Positions 27,380-40,660 are shown, numbered from the stretch's first letter. The stretch: 64,000 nt of DNA from Takakia lepidozioides (GCA_030704615.1 CM060733.1:64976001-65040000); one strand, 5' to 3'. Notes: generated from the letters alone by a model not told the origin. Translations and numbers: made by a program.

Positions 27380-28090
27380 TGTCGCGGCCCTTTGCCTTGA
27401 GGGCAGGGGGTCGGGATACATGAGGGGCTGCCCCTATGGTGGGGGCATCGGCAGCGATAGGTATGGGGGGCTGAAGCACCCTTGAGTGCCCAAGGCACTC
27501 AAGGAGGCGGAGGCGCTCACTAGGTGGAGCCCCGCACACCGGGTTGCGGTGGGGGTGGCTCCACAAGGGGTGGTGGTAGCTTAGCGGGACTTAGTGGGGG
27601 TGGCATAGGACTCACCATGGGGGCGGAGACCTCGTGGTGGGAGTCGTGGGAGTCTTGGGACTCATCACGGTCCATAGGGGCCGTGGTGAGTGGGCCAAGA
27701 CTCACCGGGAGTCGAGGGTTTTCGTGGTGGTTCGCCATAAAATGGCATGGCTGGTTGTGAAACCCCGCGGACAGCTACAGAAGTATATATATAGGGAGTA
27801 GTAACCCGAGAACGGTGCAAGCCCGTTGGTGACCAAAAACTAGTGAGTAAGCGAGCGAGCCGGAAAGCGACCAAAGAGTGGGGAGCTGTTCCGGACTGCC
27901 ATCTACCAAAGGGAATTCCACTAGTCCCAAATAGGTGGAGGGTTTAGTGGGAAGCGAAGGGGGACCGTTATGTCCCGGTGAGCAGCCGAAGCTCCAAGTT
28001 GGCCCGGCGGCCAGGTTGGGAGTCAGGCGCGCGCATCAAAGCGAGTAACTATGACTTGAAGGGGAGCTTACCGAAGTGAGGTGCGCGACA
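27380..28090 (+). repeat. 5' LTR (711 bp)
   Basis: Direct repeat of 33551-34260 with TG…CA ends. Confidence 0.95.
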
Positions 28091-28092
28091 CT

Positions 28093-28104
28093 TGGTATCA
28101 GAGC
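28093..28104 (+). promoter_or_regulatory. Primer-binding site, tRNA-iMet
   Basis: TGGTATCAGAGC, 2 nt after the LTR. Confidence 0.92.
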
Positions 28105-28145
28105 TTAGAGTTCAGTACGCGATCGTCCTTGGGATTGGCCTCATC

Positions 28146-29299
28146 ATGGGGTCGGGCAAGCCGAAGCGAAAGCGGAACGGCCCAAAAGATGATGATCCTG
28201 GTGAGCCCGATGGGGGCGACGTGTCACCGAGGCGGCCGTTTGAGGAAGCGATGAATGTTTCCGAAAACGAGGCCGCTCAAGAGCGGGAGGAATCCGAGGA
28301 GTCGGAGCCCGAGGAATCCTTGAGAGCTCCGACAAACCAAGAGATGCCTCCCATGCCGGCAGCTTTTGGGAAGGGTTGTTGGCGCAGTTTGGCGGGACGT
28401 TGAAAGACGTGTTGAAGGCGGCTAATGCCACTTCCACTAAGGCAAAGTTTAAGGTGAAGCCTAAGGAACCCGGCACCTTCGAGGGCGTTCGAAATCGGAA
28501 GGCACTCAACACCTGGCTCCTGGAGCTAGAGCAGTACTTCCGGGCGGCCAAGTTGAGTGACGAGGATCGGGTGGAAGTGGCTCCCACCTATTTGAGGGGC
28601 TATGCTCAACAATGGTGGCAGAAACGCCTTCACGACCGAGGCCCAAGCCCGGAAACCTTGAACTGGAGTGGGTTCAAGGAATTGATGAAGAGACAGTTTG
28701 TGCCCCTCAACGTCCTGGCTTGCCGGGACAAGATGAGGAATTTGAAGCAAACAGATGACATTCGGGGGTATGTCCAGGCTTTCAATGTGCTGTTGCTCGA
28801 AGTCGCGGACATGGCAGAACCAGAAATGGTCTTCGGGCTGGCCCCATGGGCCAGGCGGAAGTTGGAGGAGAAGCCACCCAAGACTTTGAACGAGGCAATT
28901 GAGAGGGCTGAATGTTTCTCGGATGTCCCTAGGGTGAGAGACAAGGCCGTACGGAGCTGAACCACAAGAAGACCCGGCGGGAAGGTGACTCCTTCCGACC
29001 GGAAAAGAAGTGGGATAGGCCACGCGGCGACAATGGCACGTGGAAATCGAAGGGAGGCCTTCACACGTCAAGGCGGCACCGCTTCGAAAGGAAAAGCGGG
29101 TGGAGCGGCTTATGGCGGACAGAAGGCGACCTTTGATGGAGTGTGTTTCAATTGCGGGGAGCCCGGGCACATGGCCAAGAAGTGCACGAAACCCGCAATT
29201 GAACATGACTCGGGCAACCACGGAGCTGTCGGAAGATACCATCAGTCGCTTGGTGGAAGCGTGGTCGCCAGGACTTGCAAGGTAGGCAAATTCTTGTGA
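28146..29299 (+). pseudogene. gag: gag (frameshifted) with CCHC zinc knuckle
   Basis: YLRGYAQQWW, LKQTDDIRGYVQAF, CFNCGEPGHMAKKC. Confidence 0.88.
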
Positions 29300-29300
29300 G

Positions 29301-32300
29301 TTGTATCAGGAAACTGGCGCCCTGCGTAAAGGGAGTCAGTTATTGTTCGTGGATGGGATAATATCCGGAACTAACGTGTCGTTGTTGGTGGACACAGGAG
29401 CGTCGCACTCCTTCATGACGCCGGCAACGGCGCGAAAGTTGGGACTCCCGACAAGTGACGTGGGGGCCTCTATTGAGGTGCGTTCTGCCAAAGGAGAACC
29501 ACAGTTGGCGACAAGGTTGGCGTTTGATGTTCCTCTTCAACTGGGGAGTTGGGAGGGACGTGAGAACTTCACCATCTGCGAGATCGATGGAGTGGATCTC
29601 ATTTTGGGGATGACCTTTTTGAGCAAATCCGGAGCGGTCATAGATGGCCGCAAGAGAGTAGTCACGCTGCCATGTGGGAATGGTGGCGAGGTTTTACGAG
29701 TGTCGGAAACGCCCAAATCCGTGGGAGGGCGAATAAACCTTCTGTCAGCAAGGGAGTGGGCCGTGGAGGAGGCACACGAGCCCCAGTTTTTGCTTTACAT
29801 TAGAGAAGTGAAAGGAGAAGGCGATGGGGAGCCGAGCCCAGATTGGATCAAGGGGATTTTGGAGAAATACCAGGATGTGATGCGGAGGATTTACCAAGCG
29901 GCTTGCCACCGCGAAGAGGAGTTGACCACAAGATTGAGGTGATACCGGGATCGGAACCGCCTGCCAAGGCCCTACCGGTTGAGCCACAGAGAGTTGGTCG
30001 AGCTGAAGACTCAGCTCAAGGATCTAATGTCAAAGGGGTACATCCGGCCGAGTAAGTCACCTTACGGAGCCCCGGTGCTATTTGCAGACAAGAAGGATGG
30101 GACGCTGCGGATGTGTGTCGATTACAGGGCTCTGAATAAGGTGACTATAAAAACCGGTACCCTTTGCCAAGGATCGACGACCTCTTCGATCGGTTGGCAG
30201 GAGCGAAGTATTTCAGCCGGATCGACTTGCGCTCCGGCTATCACCAAATTCGGGTGGCGGAAGGAGATGAGGAGAAGACCGCGTGCAGGACAAGGTATGG
30301 TTCATATGAGTTCTTGGTGATGCCTTTTGGGCTCACCAATGCACCAGCGACCTTTAGCACGCTGATGAACAGCCTTTTCCAGGAGTGGTTGGATGACTTT
30401 GTGATCGTGTACATCGACGACATCTTGGTGTACTCGAAAACAAAGGAGGAGCACCTCAAAAGGGTGTTCCAAAATTGCGGAAGGGAAGCTGTATGCCAAA
30501 GCTTCAAAGTGCGAATTCGGGGTCAAAAGTGGAGTTCTTGGGGCATGTGATTACACAGGATGGGATCAAAATGGATGACAGAAAGGTGAGGGCGATCTTG
30601 GACTGGGAGCCTCCGACTTCGGTCCCGGGAGTGCGATCCTTCCTAGGACTCGCCTCCTATTACCGGAAGTATGTGAGAAAATTTCGCCAAGATCGCGGGG
30701 CCGCTGTCAGACCTTCTGTGTAAATCAAAGTCTGGGCATGGAACACCTTTTGTGGCCAAGCTTTTGCTGAATTTGAAGCAGCGGATGGCGGAAGCTCCAG
30801 TCTTGAAAATCCCGGAGTTCGATCGTCCGTTTGAGATTCATACAGATGCGTCGGACTTCGCGATTGGGGGTGTACTGATGCAAGATGGACGTCCAGTGGC
30901 TTACGAAAGTAAGAAACTGAATGAAGTGGAGCGACGGTGGCCGACGCACGAAAAAGAGATGAAGGCGGTGGTGCATGCCTTGAGCTTGGCGCCACTATGT
31001 TGGTTCCAACCCAGTGAAGGTGTTCACGGACAATGTCACGGTGAAGTATTTTGCCACGCAGCCCAAGTTGTCCCCAAAACAACTTAGGTGGCAAGATACT
31101 TTGGCGGTGTTCGACGTGGATATCCAGTACAAACCGGGACGGACAACGTGGTGGCCGATGCTTTAAGTAGAAAAGCAGCTCTTGTTGGTGTACAAGGGCG
31201 AGACGGCGCTCCAAAGGAAGATCCGGAAGGCTTGCCGGAAGGATGAGCTGGCGAAGTCCGTGATGCAGGACTTGAGGATGGGGGTTAAATCGCAGTTCCA
31301 CTTGCAAAATGGACTGCTCCGGTATAAGCAAAACGTCTCTACGTGCGAAGGGAGGGATCAGAGATAGCCTCTTGAGAGAATGCCATGATAGCCCGCTTGC
31401 GGGCCACGGCGGAGCCAAGCGCACTGCGGCACTCTTGAAGAAAGAGTATTTCTGGCCCAAACTGAGGGAGGAGGCAGAGGAGTATGTCAAGACATGCACC
31501 ACATGCCAACAAAACCGGAGCGAGTACAAAAAGCAAGCGGGGCGGGGCTGTTACAACCCTTGCCGATTCCAGAGGGGACTTGGGAAAGCGTCTCGATGGA
31601 TTTCATGACTGCTATGCCGCTGTCAAAAGGATTCGATGCAATCATGGTGGTGGTGGATAGGTTCAGTAAAATGGGCCATTTCATCCCCACCAAGGAGACG
31701 GCAACGGCGCAGGAGACAGGGCGACTTTACTTCGCCCACGTCTTAAAGCATCATGGAGTCCCGAAGGATATTGTCTCGGACCGCGATCCAAAGTTTACGA
31801 GTAAATTTTGGAGAGCACTTTGGAAGAAGATGGGGACGAGGCTGAAGATGAGCACCGCCTTCCGACCTACGACCGACGGCCAAACAGAAAGAGTGAATTC
31901 CGTAGTGAAGCAGATCTTGCGGAATTACGTGTCGGCAGACCAAACAGACTGGGTGGAACACTTAGACGCGGCAGAGTTCTGTTATAATAACACAGAACAC
32001 TCCGCAACGGGAGTTTCCCCTTTCGTATTGGTCTATGGAAAAGCACCTCTGGTGCCGACAAGTTGGGCCGCCCAGGACGTTGAGGAACCGGCAGTAGCGG
32101 CGGTACTGGAAGAACGCGAGTTTGTTGAAGCTCGCAAAGTACAACATTGCCAAAGCTAGGAAACGGTATGAAAGGCAGGCGAATCGGAAGCGGAGGGAAG
32201 TGAAGTTTGAGGCAGGCACGGAGGTCTGTTGAACATCAAGAATTTCCGACTACCTCCGGAAGTGAGTCCGAAGTTCGTACCTCCGTATGCGGGACCCTTT

Positions 32301-32660
32301 CGCATTCGGAAGGTTATGAATGAGGATGTGTATGAATTGGAGCTGCCGGCAAACAGCAAGGTGCACCCAGTATTCCATGTCTCCCTTTTGAAGCCTTACT
32401 TCAAAGATGAAGCGCGTCCGAATCGGCATCAAGTGTTGCGTCCGCCACCTATGCTGTTGGATCATGAAAATGAACCTGAGTACGAGGTGGAGGCAATACT
32501 TAAGTCGAGGAGGTTCAAGAACCGAGAAACGGAGTATCTCGTCAAATGGAAGGGCTATCATCATGTGGAGGCATCTTGGGTGCGTGCCTCAGAAATGGGA
32601 AACGCATCCGAGGCGGTTGCAGCTTTCGAAGGGCGACCTCAAAAGCGGAAGAAGCGTTGA
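29301..32660 (+). pseudogene. pol: pol: protease, RT, RNase H, integrase, chromodomain (frameshifted)
   Basis: LVDTGASH; IDLRSGYHQ…YIDD; TDASDFAIG; SMDF…SDRD…TDGQTE; GPF; EYEVEAIL…YLVKWKGY…SW chromodomain. Confidence 0.92.
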
Positions 32661-33550
32661 TGGGGACATCAACCTTGGAGCGTGGGGGAGGAAATGCATG
32701 CTTAGCCCGGCTTAGCTAGCTTAGGAATCCGATTGCAAAAACTTGTATTGTACAAAATTTGTTATAAATGAAATGGGTTCCAAATGTTGTGCGTCCTTTT
32801 GTTTGGAATGGTGATGCATGGTATGGTTGGCTAGTGTGTAGAATGCATGCTAGCTTATAAAAGTGGGAGAGGTAAATTGGGTTAATCGTGTGTTGCGTAG
32901 TGCCGAAATCGGGTGACCCCATCCAAGGGGCAAGGAAACTTGCGCCTTCTTTGGGAGTTCACGTGCTAGTGCGCACCTGGCGCGTGCGCGTACTATAACT
33001 GCGCTACCGAGGGGGTTGCCTTGTAGTGCGGGCTAACGCGGAAGCTACGTGCTTCCGTTCACGTACTATAATCGTGTAGCCTCGGGACGAAGTCGTAGTG
33101 CGGCTTCGGCGTGTTCCCGTACCTCAGGCCAGCATTCCAAGGCGGACCCAATTGTAGTGATTGGGGCGCACGGTTGGTTCAAGTTATCTTCCTAGTCAAA
33201 AGAGGTTCCAGGTGAACCCTTGCTCAAGGTGATGCCAAAAGCGGCAATCGCAAGCAATGTTGTTGCAGTAAGGCGATTCGATCCTCGGGGAGGATCGTTC
33301 CTTGGCCTTGAAGTAGGCCAAGAAGAGTGCACTGGGAGGAGCTGGAGAGGCTCCACCCTTGGCCGGGACTTGGAGGAAGTCGGCCGAACTAGCTAGTGGA
33401 GAGTAGAGTCAAGTGTGGGGTTTGGTTCTTTGCCATGGGACGCCATGGTACGGAACAAACTCCTTGATGTGGGACGCCACAACTTGGATGTTCGTTTCTA
33501 CAAAATGGACAAGTCGATGAGGACATCGACTCCCTGTTGGTAGGGGTGTG

Positions 33551-34260
33551 TGTCGCGGCCCTTTGCCTTGAGGGCAGGGGGTCGGGACACATGAGGGGCT
33601 GCCCCTGTGGTGGGGGCAGCGGCAGCGATAGGTATGGGGGGCTGAAGCACCCTTGAGTGCCCAAGGCACTCAAGGAGGCGGAGGCGCTCACTAGGTGGAG
33701 CCCCGCACACCGGGTTGCGGTGGGGGTGGCTCCACAAGGGGTGGTGGTAGCTTAGCGGGACTTAGTGGGGGTGGCATAGGACTCACCATGGGGGCGGAGA
33801 CCTCGTGGTGGGAGTCGTGGGGAGTCTTGGGACTCATCACGGTCCATAGGGGCCGTGGTGAGTGGGCCAAGACTCACCGGGAGTCGAGGGTTTTCGTGGT
33901 GGTTTGCCATAAAATGGCATGGCTGGTTGTGAAACCCCCGCGGACAGCTACAGAAGTATATATAGGGAGTAGTAACCCCGAGAACGGTGCAAGCCCGTTG
34001 GTGACCAAAAACTAGTGAGTAAGCGAGCGAGCCGGAAAGCGACCAAAGAGTGGGGAGCTGTTCCGGACTGCCATCTACCAAAGGGAATTCCCTAGTCCCA
34101 AATAGGTGGAGGGTTTAGGGGAAGCGAAGGGGGACCGTTATGTCCCGGTGAGCAGCCGAAGCTCCAAGTTGGCCCGGCGGCCAGGTTGGGAGTCAGGCGC
34201 GCGCATCAAAGCGAGTAACTATGACGTGAAGGGGAGCTTACCGAAGGGAGGTGCGCAACA
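33551..34260 (+). repeat. 3' LTR (710 bp)
   Basis: Direct repeat of 27380-28090, preceded by purine-rich GGTAGGGGTGTG. Confidence 0.95.
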
Positions 34261-34559
34261 CGAGCGAGCCGGGCGGAAGGTCCACATACCAAGGGCAGTC
34301 GCGCAAATGCTCCAGATGCGACTCCTTCACGATAACGTCAGTGTACATGGAGTCAACTCCAGGGTTCCTCCATTGCAAGAGTACTCGGGGGGGGGGGGGG
34401 GGGGGGGGGGTGAGAGAGCCTGCAATATGATTCTCCTCGATATTCCAGATAAGAATGGCAGCTCAAAGGACAGATGACCTTTCTCCAACAGGGAGAACTC
34501 AAGAAACACACACAGAATCAGGTCCCGGGAATGAGGTTAATTTTTCGGAATGAAACTGC

Positions 34560-35360
34560 AAAAAAGACGCCAAATTTCTATGCGGGGTGGGCCCGGTGGT
34601 CTCGGCTCTCCGGGGTGTCGTGCAATGAAAGTGGAAATTCGGCGCCATTTTTGCCGTGGGCGAGGGGGCCCATTCTGGGACAACCGTTTTGAGGCCCACT
34701 CTAGAAAAATGGCGCCGAATTTCCACTTTCCGGCTGGGGTGGCTGGCACCGAAATTGGAAATTCGGCGCCATTTTTCCAGGTTGGGGCCCAGCCCTTTCT
34801 ACCACTTTCGGACCCAGCCTGGAAAAATGGCGCCGAATTTCCAGTACCGGGCCCCGAAAATGTCTAAGTCCCGGGGGTGGCTGGCACCCATTCTGGAAAT
34901 TCGGCACCATTTTTCTAGGTTGTGTCTGAAAATGGCTAAGTCGCAGCAATGACTGGGCTCGGAACTGAAAAAATGGCGCCGAATTTCCAGAATGTGTGCC
35001 ATCCGCCCCAGAGACTTAAGCCATTTTCGGGGCCCTGTACTGCAAATTCGGCGCCATTTTTCCAGGCTGTGTCCGAAAATGGCTAAGTCCCAGAAATGAC
35101 TGGGCCCAGAACTGGAAAAATGGCGCCGAATTTCCAGAATGTGTGCCATCCGCCCCAAGGACTTAGCCATTTTCGGGGCCCTGTATTGGAAATTCGGCGC
35201 CATTTTTCCAGGTTGTGTCCGAAAATGGCTAAGTCCCAGAACTGACTAGGCCCGGAACTGGAAAAATGGCGCCAAATTTCCAGACTGAGTGCCAGCCACC
35301 CCCGGGACTTAGCCATCTGCCCCAGGGCCCGAATCAGGAAATTCGGCGCCATTTTTCCAT
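34560..35360. repeat. Tandem array (~147-bp period), same family as 22010-23210
   Basis: GAATTTCCAGAATGTGTGCC at 34981 and 35128; GGAAAAATGGCGCCGAATTTCC cores. Confidence 0.85.
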
Positions 35361-35459
35361 GGACTTCTTCACAACTAATTTTCATGCGTCACATAAGGCG
35401 TCTTACATCCTAGAAATGTAGGGACTACAATGGCCACGGATCAAAGAAAGACATTGCGT

Positions 35460-37690
35460 ATCTACCTGTACAGAAGGCGCATTGCCGCTTTGTCCGCGTT
35501 CGGCTGGTCAGTGAACTCGTGGCTCCGGCGGGCATGGGGTATCTCTCGAAAGAATAGGTCGGTTTTGTAGAGCAGAAAGTACCTCGTCACATAGTCGCGT
35601 AGGCTCTCTGCTTCACCAGAAATCTCTAGCTTGAACTGATGTGCTTGTGTGTTAAGCTGCTCTTGCGCATTCGTCGTCACCTGAGATTCTCCATCAGACC
35701 GCTTTTCTCAAAAAATACAATAAATCCACCCGATACAAGAGTAGAAGCGCCAAATGAAGCGTGGGAAAGTACCTGAAACCACCATGTCATGCGGTTCATC
35801 TGCATGTCGAATGTGGGGTCAGACAGTTTGTCGAGTTTGGGGAAGCTCCACATGTCCTTTGTACTTTGGGAACCATTCCAGATTTGGAGCCATCGGGTCT
35901 GTCCAACCACCGTGCATATTAGTAAGCACCAAACACCACAAAAACGAATTGTTGCCACGACAATTTGGTTAAGAATGTATAACCTTTTCTGTTGCATCCA
36001 CACAGGATGTGGCTAGACGATGCAGCTTCTCCAATGTCATCGTGGCCTTCAGAGCGCAGGAGTAGTGCTTCCCGACCTCCACCAGAAAGTCGGCACCAAG
36101 GGCGGGATCAGCTATGGCCACGTACTTTACCATCCACGACTTGTACTTGATGCGGGCCTTCGCCTCCGCAGCTTTGAGATACGATTCCAGTGCCGGGAGG
36201 GTTAGTTTCTTCTCCTCTGACTCAATGTAGAACCTCCGCGCATGTGCCAAATCCTGCTGAATTTTCGTCTGTCAAGAATGCGCACATAAGATTAGAAATC
36301 CTGGTCAACACTTTTTCTTTTATTGGGGGAGGAGAGACAAATTAGCTCAACAAAACAGTTAGGAGCTTTACCCAAAATATGTAGTCCACCATGGCGTCCA
36401 TGCTCATCCTATACCAGGTTCTGTCTGCGAATTGGCAAACTCTTGCACCCCCTGCTTCCCGACATCCGTCATGTAAAACATCTTTCCGGACAAGTGCTGG
36501 AAAAGAGGATCAGTAGCAATCAATTTCTCGAACTCCTCATTTCGCCTTTGCCAATGGGGACCCCATTTGTCTACCTCATCGGAAGTGTGGGCACGAGAAG
36601 CTCCGTGGTCGTTCTCAATGGAAACGTAAAATGCGGTAGACCCCATTCGATATCCCTCCCGGAAAGAGAATTTCAGCTTGTCGATATTGTCTAGGAGTGC
36701 AGGTCTCACCACTTGCAATGATACTAAGCGGCAAAGGGGAATCCGAAGCTTGGCCGGGTACACCATGCCCCCCAAGACCCTGCCAATGTTGTTGTGGGTT
36801 GCCTCCAACATCTTGGCAGCGGCCAACTTCATATCCGCCTCCGACATGACGTCTGCTGTAGAGGGGTTCTCCGGCAGCCCACCAGGACCGCCAAATCCAG
36901 CCTGTATGCTCCGGGTTTGGGGCCTGGGGATCTCCGGGAGGATGTCATCCTGGTCAGAAAGCTCCCTCTCGTCGTCCTCAACATGGTCAACCACCGGAAG
37001 CACCTCGAGCCCTCTCCCCGGCTTCACCTCAAACTCCCACAATCCGTGCTCTTTGTGGTGTTCTTTCCCCTCCTCCAGTCTCCACCGTATGGGTAATTGC
37101 GGGGGCTGCTCTCACCCGTGATGGTATAACCGGTAAGGATGCAGCCGGTGTGTTACTGCCTGTTTCTGGTGTCTTGGAGGGATCCACCGTCTCTGTGCGT
37201 CCCTCGCTTACATGGGCATTTGTCATTTCGACACCCTTGGCCTCCTCAGTGGCCTTTTCTCTTGCCTTCTGGCTAGCCTTCTGTCTAGCCTGTTCTTTTT
37301 CCCTCTCTTTTGCCCTCTCACGGGCCTTCTGTTTCTTACTAGGGGTAGCAGCAGGGGAGGCCTCCAGGACGACCACCTTTGATTGAGGCAAACTGACACC
37401 CTCACGCGCCCTGTTCACTCCCCCCTCCGCAGCCTGTAATGGCTCTCTCGCCGGGGATTGCATGTGCTTGACTTTTTTCTTCTTCTTTGCGTGGGCGGGC
37501 CCTCCTGCATGTGCATCAGCTTCCTCGATTGGCGGATCTGATGTCCTCATCCGACGCCCTTCACCTGCCATGCCGATTGCACCAACCTCCCGAATGCCTA
37601 TTCTAGCGTACTCTCGTTGCAGGTCCTCCCGTCCACCAACAAAGGAGCAAGATTTTGTTTGCCCTCCCGCTTGGCTATCCAAACATGCAA
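35460..37690 (-). pseudogene. Fragmented transposon-associated gene: low-complexity N-terminus plus a possible ParB-like segment
   Basis: Consecutive minus-strand ORFs (217, 212, 93 aa) between the two satellite arrays; IPLCRL…VRPAL…KL..SF.EGY…FYVS…KMFY. Confidence 0.45.
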
Positions 37691-38859
37691 AGCACTAGGT
37701 CCGACGACTACTGCCGACGACTGTCTGACTGCGCTTGATGACTAGCGTCTTTGGGAGTGACTGCTCGAGCAGTTGGTGCTGTCGATGATACCACCACCGT
37801 GTTGCGCTCGTCTTCACTCTGTCATCCCCAACAATCGTGAGAACCACCATCGCAATGAAATGGAAGCAACAAATGAGCCACAATCGTGAGAGGCAGATTA
37901 TGGAGTGGCATGGAACAACAATGAAAACAAAACCAAGCAATGGCTAACAATCACATGCAGAAGCAGCAGAAGGATGCCAAAACAAACAAAACAAAGCGAA
38001 GAAGACCGCACATGCTACATAAAGTGAAAGAAGCAGGGGCTTGCCTGAGAGTGCTCGGCTTCAATTGGTGCGGGCTGTGAGCAAGACAAGGGGATCTCCT
38101 GCTGGAGCTTCAGTTTGGCCATGCGAGACGTTGGACGCCGCCCGTAGTACAAAGGCTTCAGTTTGTGCTGCGGTCTGGATGTGGGGTTTCTCTCAGGAGA
38201 GCCACACCCTTCTCCACGCGGCATAAGTCCGAGTAACAGAAAAATCTCCCGCAGAATGCGTGTGTACAGGCCACGAATGGAACTTCATCCACCCGTCACA
38301 TCAGGTGTCGAAGGCGTATCCGGGAAGCAAGCGCGGAGTCCGTGTGGAATGTCCGGTTCAAAACCGACGGCGGAGGACATTAAATGTGCAACTGCGCCCT
38401 TCAATGTCATAGGTATGGAGGTCGGCCACAGGCGCCACCTGGCCCACCCTCCCCCCGAGACCTCATCATTCGCCCGCTGGATGGAAAATCAAATTTCCAT
38501 CCAGCGGATGATTAGGTCGCAACGTGGCCCTCCCTCCGCCCGAGACGGATGGAAAACCGGTGTCGAATTTCCATCCTGCAGGTAAACCGGAGCGCGGCCG
38601 GATGGAAAACCGGCACCGAATTTGACTCCAGCGGACGACATTGGTGGGAATAACGTGCCAAAAAGTGGCCCGCAGGCAAAAAACTCTAAGTTGAGTGTCA
38701 GATTAGACAAAAAAATGTGAAAAACTTGATGCAACGACTGAAAATTGTTGACGAAGGGTCGATACGGGCATCTGTGGATGGATATTCGGCGCCGTTTTTT
38801 CATCCTGCAGATGATCTCTGTCGGCCTCTCCCACCGAGACGACTTGATCCGAACGGCCT

Positions 38860-39152
38860 TGGATGGAAATTCGGCGCCGTTTTTCCATCCGGGGGATGTT
38901 CTCTGTCGGCCAGGTCTCGGCCTCTCCCCTCGAGACGACTTCATCCGACGGGCCTCAGATGGAAATTCGGCGCCGTTTTTCCATCCGGGGGGTGTTCTCT
39001 GTCGGCCAGGTGTCGGCCTCTCCCCCCGAGACGACTTCATCCGACCGGCCTCAGATGGAAATTCGGCGCCGTTTTTCCATCCGGGGGATATTCTCTGTCG
39101 GCCAGGTGTCGGCCTCTCCCCCCGAGACGACTTCATCCGACCGGCCTCAGAT
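38860..39152. repeat. Three 96-bp tandem units, inverted relative to 20100-21250
   Basis: ATGGAAATTCGGCGCC at 38863, 38959 and 39055. Confidence 0.92.
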
Positions 39153-39189
39153 GTTGATTGTCCTCCAAGTACCGTAACAACTATTTATC

Positions 39190-39847
39190 TGTTGCTGGCT
39201 CCTTCATGCAAGTTCTAGACACTTCAATCCAGCTTTACCGTGGCTTCCTTGCCATCCTCCTGCCTGTGCTGCCACTTCTCAAGTGCCTAGAAAGAAAGTG
39301 AAGTGTCCACAAGCTGACTCTCATACCTCATCAACAGGTCGTTTCTCGGTAGCAGCCAGTGCTAGTACGTGAGTTTCCCCACGTCCACTCTTAAACAACC
39401 GCTCTAGCTGCTATTGCCTATCGCTATGCCATATGAATCTACGGACTTATAAAGTATGGATCTATATAATAATATTGTTTTGTATAACTCAGCATGTGTA
39501 GACGATGGCCTATACCTGTACATACCATTGCAAAACTAATACTAACTATCTCATCACCATAAGACACTCCTGTCAGTCATGCTTTATAGACTTCAAAACC
39601 TACTTGAAAACATAGTGCTGAAACAATCGAACTCTATCTAGCATAGCACTGCAACGCTATATAATGATCTCTCTCTCCTAAATTCATGACAAATATACTT
39701 CCACTCATAAATAGGAGTTGAGCCAAGCACACCCCAAAGCCCTGGGGAAATCGCACTACTATGCCATAGCCGACGCGAGAGGCTCAAGTTGAGAGAGATG
39801 AGCCCCTCCGCATCTGCCGTTGGAGAGCCTGTAGGTTGCGGATGACA
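39190..39847 (-). mobile_element. LTR (TGTCATCC…GCAACA) related to the DNMT-gypsy LTR, probably a 3' LTR
   Basis: Same termini as 54052-56761 (TGTCA…GCAACA) and the shared hairpin motif at 39715-39814. No TSD found. Confidence 0.6.
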
Positions 39848-39899
39848 CAGCTATGTCATCCTCCGTGCCTGTGCTTACGATGACAAAGTGTTTTGCAGT

Positions 39900-40660
39900 C
39901 AAGACTTCATGTTGTACTGAGAGCTAAACCAACTTCAACATGGCTGATGTACATAAATCTTTGCGAACTTGTGCTTCTACATCAACTCTCACGACATCTT
40001 TACTGGCTTTTATCTTCTCCATTTCTAAGGCTGAAAGAAACCCATGTGATTGCTTCTCGTCCGCCTCGCAAATGGTCAAGTATCATTGCCGCTCCTTAAT
40101 GGCGTCCTCTGTGTACGTTTTGCCAGACTGTCTGGGCCGCATTACTCCTACCTTTGTCTTTGGCCTGCTGAGATCTTCTTGGTCACTGAGCGCTTCCTCG
40201 TTTGAAATGTCACAGTCAATGGTGCTTTTTATCTCTCCCCCCAAGGCCTCGGCACTTTGAAGTCTTTGCAACTTGTGCCTGTTTTTCCAGTCAGTCAGAA
40301 CGGCCCAGTTCACAAGGCAACCTTTCCTTTCACAAACAATGCCTCTTGCGATTGCCTTGTTTATCATATGATGAGCAGGAACACCAATGCGTTAGTGTGC
40401 GATCATATAAATCCGCTCTACCCTTGCAATAAGTTCAGAATCTGATGGATTAAACAAGTAGCTGTAACCATTCTTGTTGAGCGGCGGCCCAAATAGTCTA
40501 GCCACCTCTTCTTCTCTGCAGTTTCTATCTATTTTGAGTCTCTTAGGGGCTACACCCTCATTGCAAATACCATATGCATCAGCAAATGCCTTCCGGAACA
40601 CTGGAGTTTTTCCATCAAAGATTAGAATTGGAGGCGTTGCGTGTAACGGTGCTACATAGA
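39900..40660 (-). pseudogene. Unknown accessory ORF just upstream of the LTR
   Basis: Two in-frame ORFs separated by one stop: …KNGYSY…ELIARVERIY…INKAIARGIVCERKGCLVNWA…. Confidence 0.45.

Larger units (their letters stand above)
27380..34260 (+). mobile_element. Full-length Ty3/gypsy chromovirus, recent insertion
   Basis: Near-identical LTRs 27380-28090 and 33551-34260 (TGTCGCG…CGCGACA), 4-bp TSD CGAG (27376-27379, 34261-34264), Met PBS, and gag-PR-RT-RH-INT-chromodomain order. Confidence 0.95.

Noticed and set aside
32695-33550. Start of the 3' LTR at the first PPT
   Set aside because: No match upstream of 27380; the TIR and TSD define 33551 as the LTR start.
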